Notes: generated by a model from the letters alone, not told the origin. A DNA stretch of 64,000 bases from Candidatus Thorarchaeota archaeon (GCA_003345595.1 PRDI01000039.1:1-64000); one strand, 5' to 3'; numbered from the stretch's first letter, positions 38,301 to 46,282 are shown. Program-made: numbers and translations.

Positions 38301-40980
38301 TACTCTTCACGGAGTGCCTATCACGGGAGTGACTGTCACCTACACCTTCGGCCAAAACTCAGGTAGTCTTGCACCGACGTCACCAAGCGGCAACTACTCA
38401 GCAGTCATCGATACCTCATTGGTGGCTTGGGGCGCCACCATAGTGCAGATTCGCGCTGAGAAGGATAACTATGCCTTGGCTGAGGCCCAGATCACGCTGA
38501 ATGTAGAGAGACTGCCAACATACCTGACCTCAGATGCCTACGCGATTGATCTGCCCCGAGGTACTCCTTGGGTCATCATCGTCTACTTGAACGATACATA
38601 CAACAACCAGCCAGTCATCGGTGCAACTCTACGTATCTACTGGTCCTATGGAATCCCTCAATCTGATTACGTAACGCCTCTCGGACTTGGGTATTATCAG
38701 TATTCACTGGCCACCGCGTCTGCTAATGTCGGTACTACCTATACAATCAGTATTGTAGCCACAAAGGCCAACTATCTGAATGCATTGACTACTCTCACGC
38801 TCACTGTAACAGCTACACCCACCTTTACGAGGCCTGACAGTGAAACCAGCACGTACGACAATAGGACCTTCTACTGGTCCGAAATCGTGAGAGTAGGTGT
38901 GTTGGTCACCGCCAATCTGTCGCCGCTAGACGTGGATTACTACCGGAACGATGTAGTTGTCACATGGCAAAGCCCGGGCGGACTAGGCGGTACTTTCACT
39001 CGTGATTCAGACGGACACTACACCTACGTTCTAAACACATCTCTTCTCTCTGCAGTCACATATACGCTCTGGATAACCTCGAGCTCAGCAAGCAACCCGG
39101 CCTTTACTGATTCCAGTATGGTAGTCACAATAGTGATCACAAGGATTCCGACTTTGGTGAGTTCACCCAGTTCCCAAGAGAGATACTGGGGCTGGAGCGG
39201 ATGGTTCGTGTTCAACTACACAAATCCTGTGACGAACGCTTCGATAGGTAACGTGTCCTATGGCCATGCTGTGAGTGCGACATACCTGTGGGACAACGTG
39301 CAGTACGATGCGGTCTACTGGGGGAATGGGCAGTATGCCATCTTCATTAACACCACTGATGTTCTGCCTAGCACTCAGGCGATTAAACTGGAATTCCGCT
39401 ATGACAACTACATACCATCATCCGGATCATTCAATCTCGTTGTGAAAGGAATACCTACGAACATCAGAGTCTACTATCAGAATGGGATCTACAATCCAGA
39501 CACGGGCATGTATAGGGTAGCATACGGTGATGACCTTGTTCTGATATTTTTCTACAATGCCACAGTATCCTCCAACGACACGCCTTTCTTCGGAGGCATT
39601 GAGAACGCCTCCTGGTCAGGCGATTACGGCTTTCCAGCACTGATTCCGCCCGACGCTTTGGCTGGGTCTGTCAACATCACACCACTTGCCGGTGGTAACT
39701 ACAGTCTAGTCTTCCGCTCCGCCAATTACAGGATTCATACAAGTCCGTATCGCCTGAACATCATGGCCTACCTTGCCAATAGAGACGCAAAGACCATCGA
39801 TGTATTCATCAAGGTCGAGTCAATTGATACTGACCTCACAATAGAGGGGATGCAGGGTAACTCACTTTCTATGTCCTACGGTGACACCAGAACTCTGACA
39901 CTCCTGTATTATGACAACTGGACGCTGCATAACAGGCCCGGAATATCCGGAGGATATGTTGAACCACGCATCGGCAGTTCTGTTCTCGTGATATCGACTA
40001 GCGAACTCGGGAATGGAAGGTATGAGTTGACCATCTTTGCAGACCCTGGCTGGATTCCAGTGTTCTTGCAGGAGAACCGACTCTATGTTGACATACAGCT
40101 GTCCGCGCTTAACTATGCCAACATCACAAAGACGATTACCGTTGTAGTCACGCCAACTGAGATCCAGAAGACTCTGACAGCCGCCGTGAACTATGGCTTC
40201 CCAATCTTCTTTGTGGCAATGACGGCACTTCTTCTCTGGGTGAGGGTCTTCAGCGTGCCCAAGCGACTGCGCCAGATCAATGCGCAAATCAAGGCATTGC
40301 GCAAGGGCCGGATGCCCAAGCCAGTTGGTGAGGCCAAGAGCAGAGAGCAGCTTGTCGCCGACCTGTTCAATGACACGTTTGCCGAGCTCAGCCTTACTAG
40401 GACGGCAGACCAGATGCCTGCTGAGTCAGTGACCATTGCGATACCCGAGATGGGCGAGCTCTTAGTCCAGCTATCATTGCTCACGCACCTCAACCAGCAG
40501 GAACTTGACGACTTCAAAGCTGACATTTCCAAGATGAAGATGAGCGAGCAGGCCGCGTTCGTCAAAGAGGTGATCACTCAGGAGGCTCTTCGTGTCGCTC
40601 GCCGCGAGGGTAAGACTGTTGAGCAGGTCCTTGCGGGCTTGAAATCCCAGACCACAAAACGACTTGGTGAGGAGAAGCCAGTCGAGGAGGTGCCCGAGGA
40701 AGCCGCCGAAGAGCCAGTCATACTGAAACGTGAAGCGAAGGTTGTCGAGAAGGTTCCAGCTCCCTCAGAGAGGGTGACCCCAAGGCCGACTCGACCCGTC
40801 GGCGAGGAAGCAGCGCCTGTAGGAGACAAGCTCAGTCCCTTCGAACTCGCTGAGCTCAAGAAGCAGCTCGAAGCGAAAGGTGTACCTGCAAATGAGATTG
40901 ACACCATAATGGAGCAGGCAAAGCAACTGCCTCGTGACCTTGTCGAAGAGCTCGTTAAGAGCATCACCGGAGGAGGGTAG
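29356..40980 (+). CDS. Giant (3874 aa) cell-surface glycoprotein / adhesin-like type I membrane protein
   Basis: Signal peptide; T/S/V/Y-rich beta-sandwich repeats with recurrent GxY; many N-x-S/T sequons; single TM helix (~40190-40250); about 240-aa cytoplasmic tail; GGAGGT SD. Confidence 0.9.
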   Translation: MKRGSISAIVMTMLFLITAVDFAGSPIAAVPEARSGLMDEGFTEAGQPAYTGTGAARTATLKGLVTNTSAGPLIIDTASADYARVNVPSGWTGTYVRSDINMMSMWSDDELNNGKLDTYHDELWLGMNYDSEAVAVPNLWTLVKSESGTGSGRELHPLHGIFELNAWSGDGYGGSGSMGWLFEAAWASANVLTANDEVYLSQQVEVAHRDLFSAKVTFMYNVYSSSSMLNQTHLFVRIGSSVTKLYVFESTDVQSTWLQASVDIPVSAFLTTTVPCQLLLDVGLATDLSGSQANARTSQVFIDEIQFLLQVRPFPEQIALKANGTALAGSTSGSVSPYVPDGANRDCYDDVSTGVDLDGYSNNGILDVGHWDTTWNVASTFQVGFQFQLSIPKGAGITSAYLEVEAAETSYTPGMRIYVADADTVSAFTSGLPHLESRYTWVQTSIDWNPTAWTTDVRYASPDISGLIEKVVTRSGWASGNYICLMLNFTYSTYYQCYNGIKGTSAYDGVDLARLFVNYVTAGATPEKYTASGTWTGPRALSVTYTTTSKPVVTLDTATSVNVTTTLSSLDNSNSVGTTFSVSNASSVTWTGNVLVSPPAGVGYTNISFSKPSTWTFVSLTDADGSTRTSEVTTTTTEVRVKSSVVDVFGIWRFVFTASDGATNLQCGVNAGSYASTYTYTVGSSACFRGAAPPTANSVERLLLTAPNGQLFYAADNISQDSSGYFTWTGITVTGSWAAGVWSADVNLNNTRGAYPSITGRYSRTFTVVHATSLALQSPVSQTSTKTAGDLLYVEVKLTDTDNLALIGGATVTMNWTVSGTPTVKTLDDFGNGLYGKTLNTTDLGTAKRWRIQLSASRQYYTGSTTYFNLDLCHTTYLTYQTPVSTPYGDDFKVKVNLYDAFSGALISGATITSNATLFGSPTDHGNGSYTVTLETSGLGVGDYLYRINAAPSSTYLLSCSVNIKFTLRNIFTATFFVGGSGVSTPYSVSSSKVITYNDTDHASAGIAGAGNSVQSPSGIVATVSDSGGGRYTVNINVGTKSIGTYLINVTLSKTSYYSSTIRISLTITAHNTYIVAKYTTPVPWGFSSPFTVSWYDADASGANISGSVAVSSVTVNGQSYGSSLSFTYISSSLTVGSYNLNVTVNSGNANYKSSWEVVTIVVRAHYTTIAAVVGNSTPWGFNTVVTVTFWDTDAGVQVPLANVSTIVYTPTGYAVQTPTKSYTPTLTTNTWGVGVVSTTVSATCVLSNKFYTSAVNSFIISIRAHHTTVSAVTGSSTPWGFNTPVMVTFWDSDTGSEVPLANVSTIQYSPTGYAVQTPTKSYTPTLTTNTWTVGAVSTGISVSCVDSNKYYNTASSSFVITVRSHHTSLSASVIGPTAWGFNTAANVVFWDTDSNSQVPLANVSTIQYSPTGYSVQSPTKSYSPTLTTSSWAVGTVLTGISASCMSSNAYYEAASSTFNIVIRAHRTSVSAKGGMTSPYGNNTPVSVVFWDLDSDVQVSLANVSAGGVSFNAGALGTQSFSTYTPTLLTGTWSVGTHSVTLTVTCVQTNKFYDTASYTFTITIRSLGVYLYHEPSDLVFPSGDSFTIVLRINVSEPGNQYNGNPIIGLTAGEFTVTNSTYTFPKTIAGLGAGRYNLTISSSYLNMNAYTITVVVDPTSLNYATASLVISFSYRPARSYLSSPSYPHVTTPYGIDIAISLNYTDVDRNKGIITAAVSAQGISIYGIQNLGNGIYRVTLNVTGLSKGDHLFNISASAPQYETKILTFTLTVRIAYTSAIPTVGSLDIPVGNSPIFFVRFWDTDRDQPVTSASMTSSWIRTLTAIYLPAEQRYQVQFVTLDTDELRPNLVVRFNFSYGENYQFGIFNITVTIRTHSTEFRLVSAVQPTSYNGMINISLYYGDLDNNAGIDSGLVSHKVKNSTGLVLSSLINSGSGYYVVRVSASQFRSLGLQTLTVYFNWTGSIYKYYNKTVVAGANIIGEDSKYTLLQASEPTPYLDNMSYTFLYAELYSGTGITNATQNVFISVMFQGESADLSKVNIWETNRGTSPGYYSIRFNTTLFAHTGLIYMNVFINWSKGVSPFYTNRTDVISVRILARDTLVSIFPPSPTAWGENATFSFTYDDVTGGGSEPIGIDAKMTISLSLSSFTLTYNSLTKTFSVSFSTSQSPIGDAPIGSKSFILNVRWAGSPYYANRTGLSVTITVIARQTVLDYQSPAPTQYLDNVTFIVTWTDVTASPVGITGATVTLYDGVTPVSATKYKVTPQGGGSYSVQLNTTYKASPGTYSLRIILTRPEFYIPLANSSRPFNIRYRVTLVSAELPGEVPYNSSVVVNVHYRDSLKLTEIGNGSGLTSIRILNGTGWLFTCSWQPAFAYYVLTVYTYNHPELQIGKLYTLHINMTYASQVPFYDWDDTFVSFQLRLRVTTLSASAPTSTPYLNYANFTIDYLDVDAGGMGIGSASISIRKGGVLLLLGTEYLATENSPGVWAISVNTTALGGLSTWQVVVYATWYGRPYYSNRTQSVDIPVIRRPTSVDILVPPSLTRYLDSVMFTIAYVDSGRGYYISGVSDKILILNGTKYLSSGQYTVVAGTFPGTFDIRINSTILSARLLTNYQLIVKVYWLISVPYYANSTTTVRVTTTNRVGTLTWNPIDNTPLGDLMNLTFYYKDSDTGAGIANAIVQFDCVQKPGLQVGVDYTIEKGTGASTGTYIVRVDTERLLGIRTYAFTLTVLWSPTTVPYYSNQTPRSIGGTVRIISASLTTGLPTPSTVPYYEIVSIDVTFDDADHLRPIPGVTKSNVSVTYVPGAQPEVWGFSELGGGVYRITVNISDSGLAGLKSLKIAFNWYPYTVLERQVQFQVRYRNGALSAPSTLPPFYAGDPSFIVLNLTDIDGGKPLAGGTLAITWGSTSSWQYIGSGLYNVSFATLGMPAGSRTMQIQASKANFTIQLLMVDVYLRAVPMAILPGEDLDGKSVYWGSTIVIHVLMNDTLHGVPITGVTVTYTFGQNSGSLAPTSPSGNYSAVIDTSLVAWGATIVQIRAEKDNYALAEAQITLNVERLPTYLTSDAYAIDLPRGTPWVIIVYLNDTYNNQPVIGATLRIYWSYGIPQSDYVTPLGLGYYQYSLATASANVGTTYTISIVATKANYLNALTTLTLTVTATPTFTRPDSETSTYDNRTFYWSEIVRVGVLVTANLSPLDVDYYRNDVVVTWQSPGGLGGTFTRDSDGHYTYVLNTSLLSAVTYTLWITSSSASNPAFTDSSMVVTIVITRIPTLVSSPSSQERYWGWSGWFVFNYTNPVTNASIGNVSYGHAVSATYLWDNVQYDAVYWGNGQYAIFINTTDVLPSTQAIKLEFRYDNYIPSSGSFNLVVKGIPTNIRVYYQNGIYNPDTGMYRVAYGDDLVLIFFYNATVSSNDTPFFGGIENASWSGDYGFPALIPPDALAGSVNITPLAGGNYSLVFRSANYRIHTSPYRLNIMAYLANRDAKTIDVFIKVESIDTDLTIEGMQGNSLSMSYGDTRTLTLLYYDNWTLHNRPGISGGYVEPRIGSSVLVISTSELGNGRYELTIFADPGWIPVFLQENRLYVDIQLSALNYANITKTITVVVTPTEIQKTLTAAVNYGFPIFFVAMTALLLWVRVFSVPKRLRQINAQIKALRKGRMPKPVGEAKSREQLVADLFNDTFAELSLTRTADQMPAESVTIAIPEMGELLVQLSLLTHLNQQELDDFKADISKMKMSEQAAFVKEVITQEALRVARREGKTVEQVLAGLKSQTTKRLGEEKPVEEVPEEAAEEPVILKREAKVVEKVPAPSERVTPRPTRPVGEEAAPVGDKLSPFELAELKKQLEAKGVPANEIDTIMEQAKQLPRDLVEELVKSITGGG
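32848..34050 (+). repeat. Four tandem ~300-bp (100-aa) coding repeats inside the giant protein
   Basis: Units start at 32848, 33148, 33448 and 33748 with (A/S)H.T; the first three share (P/A)WGFNT...FWD.D...VPLANVSTI.Y.PTGY.VQ.PTKSY.PTLTT; the fourth is more diverged. Confidence 0.92.
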
Positions 40981-41020
40981 TGGGAGAGCATAGCTCTTCT
41001 ACGGCCCTCATGTCCTTCCT

Positions 41021-41785
41021 CTACTCTTCTTCCTCCCCAAGGAAGTGAGAGAGTGGCAGGGTGGTCCCAAAGCTGACAGGCTTTGAGCGCGACGCTCGTC
41101 TCACAGGGTATTGCGGGTGCTTTGCCAGTGTGTATTTGAAGTACGCCGCACTCTCCGCGACGTTGACATGTACCTGAGCACAGCTGGCGAGAGCCTTTCC
41201 TCCGGCAGGAAGATCGGGGCTCTTTGGAGAGGAAGGTGCTGATACCAGAGTCACTATTCCCCTGCTGAGAGTGAAAGCCATGAGTCTTGTCGCCATGTGC
41301 GAGAGCTGCTGCAGTCCCTCTCCTGTCAGCCCCTCTGTGATGTAGAGGTCAGGGAGTCCTGCGACAATGAGCATCCGTGCAGGGGCTCTCTCAAAGAACT
41401 GGTCAAGCTGGTTCATCACTAGCTCGTACGTCTGGGACGAGTTGAACGCACGGGATATGTAGACACGGTCCATCACATCTTCTGGCTCAAGTCCCAACTC
41501 AAACGAGAGGTCAGTCAATTTGTCAATTCTGATCATGTTTGCACTGTCAATGATGATTGTTGGACTGTTAATGCCTCCACGTTCCTCAGGGAGTTGTACT
41601 TGGACCGCAGCACGCAGAAGGTCCTCGTTCAGGCAGCGGCTTCCATAGAAGAGATGCACGAGCCCCATCTCAAACCCGCCGCCCAGCAATGTGTCCAGAG
41701 GCTTACTCCCGGTACTCACTACCCGGCGCATCATTTGGTCTGCTGTCTGGAACCCTGCTCCTGTGAGCGCCTCTTGTCTATTCAT
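41021..41785 (-). CDS. RadA/Rad51 paralog with a degenerate Walker A
   Basis: VSTGSKPLDTLLGGGFEMG and YISRAFN RadA motifs; P-loop position reads YGSRCLNED. Confidence 0.8.
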   Translation of the reverse strand: MNRQEALTGAGFQTADQMMRRVVSTGSKPLDTLLGGGFEMGLVHLFYGSRCLNEDLLRAAVQVQLPEERGGINSPTIIIDSANMIRIDKLTDLSFELGLEPEDVMDRVYISRAFNSSQTYELVMNQLDQFFERAPARMLIVAGLPDLYITEGLTGEGLQQLSHMATRLMAFTLSRGIVTLVSAPSSPKSPDLPAGGKALASCAQVHVNVAESAAYFKYTLAKHPQYPVRRASRSKPVSFGTTLPLSHFLGEEEE

Positions 41786-41929
41786 CCCAATAATAAGCCG
41801 TCATTACGGGTTATAATGACCCCTAATCATGGCCGGCGCCAGAGGAGCGCCTCGAATACTCATTTCAGAGATTAGTCCGAAACTGACTTAAGGACCGCAC
41901 ACGCTGCACCAATCTCAGGTGACACGAGA

Positions 41930-42355
41930 ATGGTCAAGTACGAAGGCTTCGATTTTCCAGACAGCCTGTTCTACACAAGCGACCAGATCTGGTTGAAGAA
42001 AGAGGACAAGACCGTAAGGATTGGATTCACACCCTTTGGCATGGACCTCGCGGGGAAGATCAAGTTCGTCCGGCTGAGACCGGCAGGCAAGCCGATTGAA
42101 GCGGGCAAGAGCATTGGCACGCTCGAGTCGGGCAAGTGGACTGGACCAGTGAAGTCCCCGGTGACCGGCATGCTCAAAGCGATTAACGAGGACCTCAAAA
42201 ACACCCCCGGACTTCTTAACGAAGACCCGTACGGCAAGGGCTGGATAGCAGTCATCGAGCCCACGAAACTAGATGCCGAGCTCAAGACGATGCAGGGTGC
42301 AACCGGGCTTGAGGCATGGGTCAAGAAAGAGTTCGCTGAGAAGAAGAAGAAGTAG
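41930..42355 (+). CDS. gcvH: Glycine cleavage H-protein-like lipoyl carrier
   Basis: IGTLESGKWTGPVKSPVTG (lipoyl-Lys), LLNEDPYGKGWI. Confidence 0.9.
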   Translation: MVKYEGFDFPDSLFYTSDQIWLKKEDKTVRIGFTPFGMDLAGKIKFVRLRPAGKPIEAGKSIGTLESGKWTGPVKSPVTGMLKAINEDLKNTPGLLNEDPYGKGWIAVIEPTKLDAELKTMQGATGLEAWVKKEFAEKKKK

Positions 42356-42397
42356 TGCACAATCGCGTGTGTGGCCGGTCAGACCGGTCACACTCTC

Positions 42398-43540
42398 TCA
42401 TTTTCTCCTAGTGAGTTCTCGCCTCATGCTCATTGCCGCATCATATAGCACCTCAGGGGGCACTAGGATATAGAGCAGATTGCGCGAGTAGCCAGACTCG
42501 AAGACAATACTCTGGAATATCAGAGTCTGAAGGCTCTTGTCTATGTCATCAGGTGTATAGTTGATGCCAAGTTCCTCGCACTTTATCATAACATTCTCGT
42601 TCAGTGTCTGACGGTCCACGTAGGTTTCTGTTCTGTATCTCATGAGATGCTCAGACATCACCTCAAGCACGAGCAGCGTCATGAAGTCGTTCGTGCTGAT
42701 TGTGTCGACCACGTCCAAGTAGTCTTGGTCATGTCCGAGCGATACTATTCGGGCTGTCGCTGCACGGACTGCATCTGAGTCTATCTCCTGGCCGCGCTGG
42801 GACAGAGGCCAGAGTGCCTTGAGTGCCTCTATTGATGTCTTGGGCTTGGATGCATCGAATTCACAGACGATGTCAGTGATGTAGCGCAGAACCTCTTCTG
42901 TGAGGCCAAGGGGGAACGTGTCTTCTACCCTCATTCTCACTATATCATACAGCTGTGACTGCGTGTATGTATCTAGGTGGACCTCAAAGTCATAGGCCAT
43001 CTGTGTAGCTGGTGCCTTTGTCAACAACCTGTAGTCATGACTGTTCAGTACCCCTATTGTGCTCGCTTTGATCTCCTTAGACAGACGAGCGAGTTTAGAG
43101 TACATGTCTTCGTTTCCCTCGTCTATGTTGTCAATCACGAACACTGTTCTCTTCCTCGCATCCGTTGCCATACGCTTGAAGTGCATCCAGAGGACGTCCG
43201 CGTCGAAAGCGACTGTGATTGGCTTATTCTCTTTCCTATGGATGGCGTCGTTGAGCTCTGACACGATCTCGAGAACGTCCTTGCTCTTGGCATCCACGTA
43301 TATCGTGTGCGCGTCGAACCGTTCAGGAATGACCTTGGTCAGGAAGTACCGAGAGAAGACTGTCATGCCGACACCGGTGATCCCATGAACAAGGCAGTTG
43401 ACCCCGTACTCTTCTTCGTAGGCGTCCTTGTATACGCCTGTTATTGCTTCGAGCTCCCTGTCACGGTAAAGCAGCGTTTCAGGCACATAGTACGGGTCGA
43501 ACAACCCCTTGGGACTGCGTTGCGGCCTGCTCATGTTCAT
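42398..43540 (-). CDS. Orc1/Cdc6 family AAA+ protein, divergent (Walker A Lys replaced by Met)
   Basis: FDPYYVPETLLYRDRELE, HGITGVGMT, FVIDNID, YTQSQLYDIVRMRV, C-terminal wHTH. Confidence 0.85.
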   Translation of the reverse strand: MNMSRPQRSPKGLFDPYYVPETLLYRDRELEAITGVYKDAYEEEYGVNCLVHGITGVGMTVFSRYFLTKVIPERFDAHTIYVDAKSKDVLEIVSELNDAIHRKENKPITVAFDADVLWMHFKRMATDARKRTVFVIDNIDEGNEDMYSKLARLSKEIKASTIGVLNSHDYRLLTKAPATQMAYDFEVHLDTYTQSQLYDIVRMRVEDTFPLGLTEEVLRYITDIVCEFDASKPKTSIEALKALWPLSQRGQEIDSDAVRAATARIVSLGHDQDYLDVVDTISTNDFMTLLVLEVMSEHLMRYRTETYVDRQTLNENVMIKCEELGINYTPDDIDKSLQTLIFQSIVFESGYSRNLLYILVPPEVLYDAAMSMRRELTRRK

Positions 43541-43562
43541 CGGCCGCTTGTCCTCTTGAGCG

Positions 43563-43570
43563 TATATAAA
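43563..43570 (-). promoter_or_regulatory. TATA box (TTTATATA) of the cdc6-like gene
   Basis: Consensus TATA about 23-30 bp upstream of the ATG, implying a leaderless or short-leader transcript. Confidence 0.55.
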
Positions 43571-43610
43571 CCACCCACGAGACGCATGACCGAAAGTATT
43601 CCATGTGATG

Positions 43611-44948
43611 CTACACCATGGAGCTTAGAACTTCGTTGCAGTTGGGCTGAAGGAGGAACGCGTTGAATCCTCCACCGATGATTCCTCTCAGTTCCTGAAG
43701 CCTCGCCAGCTTGATCTTGTCACTGTAGGGCCACTTGTGCTCGGGTTTTGGCGTTATTCCCATTCTTTCACACATGCGTACTATGTCAAGTACGGCTTCA
43801 AATATCTGGGCCTTAGTCTTTGTTTCGGGGCGTATCTCTCTGGAGTGCATTATGATTCCATAAGCCGGAGTGTTGTCGCCCAAGTACCACTTGCTCGGGG
43901 CATGACCATACTTTGCGAAAGGCGTGAACCCATGCTTCTCCAAGAGTGAATCTATCTTATCGACCCCACGCTGCATCTTGGTCAGACTCTTCCCAAAGAA
44001 ACCATAATCTTCGAAGAGAGCCATCTGGAGTCCTGTCTTCGGGTTGCGTTTGGGCAGCTTCAATCGAATATCCTTGAGCGTTGCCAACTCACTGTCTGAC
44101 AGTTTCCTGATGTCCGTAATCTGTCGAAGCTCGGACTCGTAGCTCTCAGGGTATTCGAGTATGAGCATGGGTGGCTTGAGGTCACCGCGGACATCAGGAT
44201 GGGCAGACACAACCGCCTCTCCATACCTTATCGGGCTCTTGGACTCAATCATACGGAAAAGAACTCTGCCGAGCTCATCACAGCTGTTGTATTCAGCAAG
44301 GCCTCCAACAAGGGTTTCGCGAGTGATAGGTCTGATGGCGAGACGCAATTCCGTCACAAACCCCAAGGTTCCATGAGCGCCGGAGAGGTCGTGTATTCCC
44401 ATGTTTGCCCCGTTAAGCGCAGCCTCAAGTTCCGAGTCGCCTGATCTGACACCATCTCTGTCGATGCTGATACGTCTGCCATCGTAGAGAACCATCTTGA
44501 TTCTGACGACGTTGTCGCGCATAGTACCGTTGACCCACGCATCATTTCCACCGGCGTCTGTATTCACCATCCCGCCCACAGTCGCGACATCTCTACTGCT
44601 CGGAGTTACGTAGAACTTCATTTTTGATGATGCAAGTAGAGCATTGATCTCATCCGGAGTTGCCCCAGGCTGGACATCCACGAAGCCCTGATCTTTCGAA
44701 ACAGAGAGTATCTCCCTCATTCGGAGACTGCTTATCATGACCCTGTCGCGGTCGCCTCCGGTGCATGCGCCGCTCAGCCCTGAGCCTCCTCCCTTGGGCG
44801 TCACATCATAGCCCTTCTCTCTGGCCGTAGCTATCGCCCCCAGGACCTCATCTTCAGTTCTGGGATAGAACACACCCTTGATCTTGGTGAAGTCCATGCG
44901 ATAGTAGATTGAGGCGTTTGCGCCTATGGCGATGTCTCTGAGCTTCAA
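43611..44948 (-). CDS. FAD-binding oxidoreductase (GlcD/D-lactate dehydrogenase-like)
   Basis: PKGGGSGLSG, VQPG, ATVGGMVNTDAGG, GAHGTLGFVTEL, PEH. Confidence 0.85.
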   Translation of the reverse strand: MKLRDIAIGANASIYYRMDFTKIKGVFYPRTEDEVLGAIATAREKGYDVTPKGGGSGLSGACTGGDRDRVMISSLRMREILSVSKDQGFVDVQPGATPDEINALLASSKMKFYVTPSSRDVATVGGMVNTDAGGNDAWVNGTMRDNVVRIKMVLYDGRRISIDRDGVRSGDSELEAALNGANMGIHDLSGAHGTLGFVTELRLAIRPITRETLVGGLAEYNSCDELGRVLFRMIESKSPIRYGEAVVSAHPDVRGDLKPPMLILEYPESYESELRQITDIRKLSDSELATLKDIRLKLPKRNPKTGLQMALFEDYGFFGKSLTKMQRGVDKIDSLLEKHGFTPFAKYGHAPSKWYLGDNTPAYGIIMHSREIRPETKTKAQIFEAVLDIVRMCERMGITPKPEHKWPYSDKIKLARLQELRGIIGGGFNAFLLQPNCNEVLSSMV

Positions 44949-46079
44949 TCACGCCTCACGCTCCTGCAGCGCCTCGTAGACGAGCTCGACTATGTCTCTT
45001 GTCTTCAAGTCGTTGAGCAGAAGCTGTTCTCTGCAAGATGGACAGGCAGTTATGATGGTGACGTCTTTCAGATGCTCGCGTGCCGCACGAAGCTGCATAA
45101 TCTTTTCACTGAGGCTGGGATCAGTCATTCTGAGCAGCCCGCCGCCACCACAACAGCTCAGTTCCAGTTCCCGGAACTCCACTCCCATCTTCCTCAGCAG
45201 GGACCTGGGTTCTGTCTTCACTCCACATATCCTATGGAGTTCACACGGATCATGATAGACGAACTTCTCAGTCTGTTTGTACTTTGGGATTGTCTTCAGC
45301 ATTCGGTCGAGAAACTGGGTGTGATGGATCACTTCGACTCCCTGGAGTCCGTGATTCTTGGATAACTGAATTAGACATCCTGGGCAGCAAGTGATGACTT
45401 TCTTCGCATGGGCTTCTTCGATTACACTTCGATTGTGCTCTCTCAGATCTTTTGTCCCCTTCTCGTATCCCATCAGGTCGAGAGGATGACCGCAGCAGAA
45501 TTCCTCCGCACCCATAACAAGGTAGTCGACCTTGAGGGTTTCAAGTGTCTTGAACAGTGCTTTGAGGACATCGACTTGAGTCCCTCTGAACGACATCAGA
45601 CAACCCAAGAAGACTAGAACGTCTGCAGTCTTCCCCTTGGCGAACACCCTGTCTTGGATGTGGGGTATCTCGCTCTCCAGCTCATCGAGCCAATAGACGG
45701 CCCTGTCTTCTGGGGATAAGCCGTAGATGTTCTTCACATTCTCAAGAGAGTCCTTCAGTGCATCAAGGTACTCGAACTCCTCAGGTGATGTTTCAATCGC
45801 TTTGGCTCTCTGCTCATGCCAGACCCTGAGCAGGTCTACATCAGATGAACAGGCCTCATTGCATCTACCGCACATAGCACACTGGAAGAGCAGTCTTCTA
45901 AACTCCTTCGCGGCCTCAGGATCAGACTCGACCTGATCCATGATCTGGAGCAGGTATATCTTGCCTCTAGGAGAATACTGCTCTTCACCCATGACGTCAA
46001 AGATAGGGCATAGTTTCATGCATGAGCCGCAACGGACGCATTTCTCATAGGATGCGCTTGTTGACACTTGGCGGAACAC
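44949..46079 (-). CDS. Fe-S / CCG-domain protein (GlcF/HdrD-like)
   Basis: Two CxxCxxCxxxC motifs; CCG, TCCPGC, YHDPC, CCGGGG, TACPSC. Confidence 0.9.
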   Translation of the reverse strand: MFRQVSTSASYEKCVRCGSCMKLCPIFDVMGEEQYSPRGKIYLLQIMDQVESDPEAAKEFRRLLFQCAMCGRCNEACSSDVDLLRVWHEQRAKAIETSPEEFEYLDALKDSLENVKNIYGLSPEDRAVYWLDELESEIPHIQDRVFAKGKTADVLVFLGCLMSFRGTQVDVLKALFKTLETLKVDYLVMGAEEFCCGHPLDLMGYEKGTKDLREHNRSVIEEAHAKKVITCCPGCLIQLSKNHGLQGVEVIHHTQFLDRMLKTIPKYKQTEKFVYHDPCELHRICGVKTEPRSLLRKMGVEFRELELSCCGGGGLLRMTDPSLSEKIMQLRAAREHLKDVTIITACPSCREQLLLNDLKTRDIVELVYEALQEREA

Positions 46080-46282
46080 CTTCTCTGAGGTTCCAGACCT
46101 CTTGCAGAAGAAGGTCTGTCAGTTTTTCATTCTTCCCACGCTTTATAACACGTGGGGAAGATGCACAATCGGGTGCCTATCTTCCACTTCAACGCTGCGC
46201 TGGTCGGTGCTCGTTTCGGTGCGTATTTATGTGTATTATCATCGCTAGTGGTGGCTGTCGGCAGGCTCAGGATAAGACTACC

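Noticed and set aside
43541-43610. Replication origin beside the cdc6-like gene
   Set aside because: Only 70 bp, with no ORB-like repeats or AT-rich unwinding element
46022-46282. N-terminal extension of the M28 ORF
   Set aside because: It overlaps the divergent Fe-S gene and spans a TATA-like TTTATAA; a signal-anchor start is at 46283
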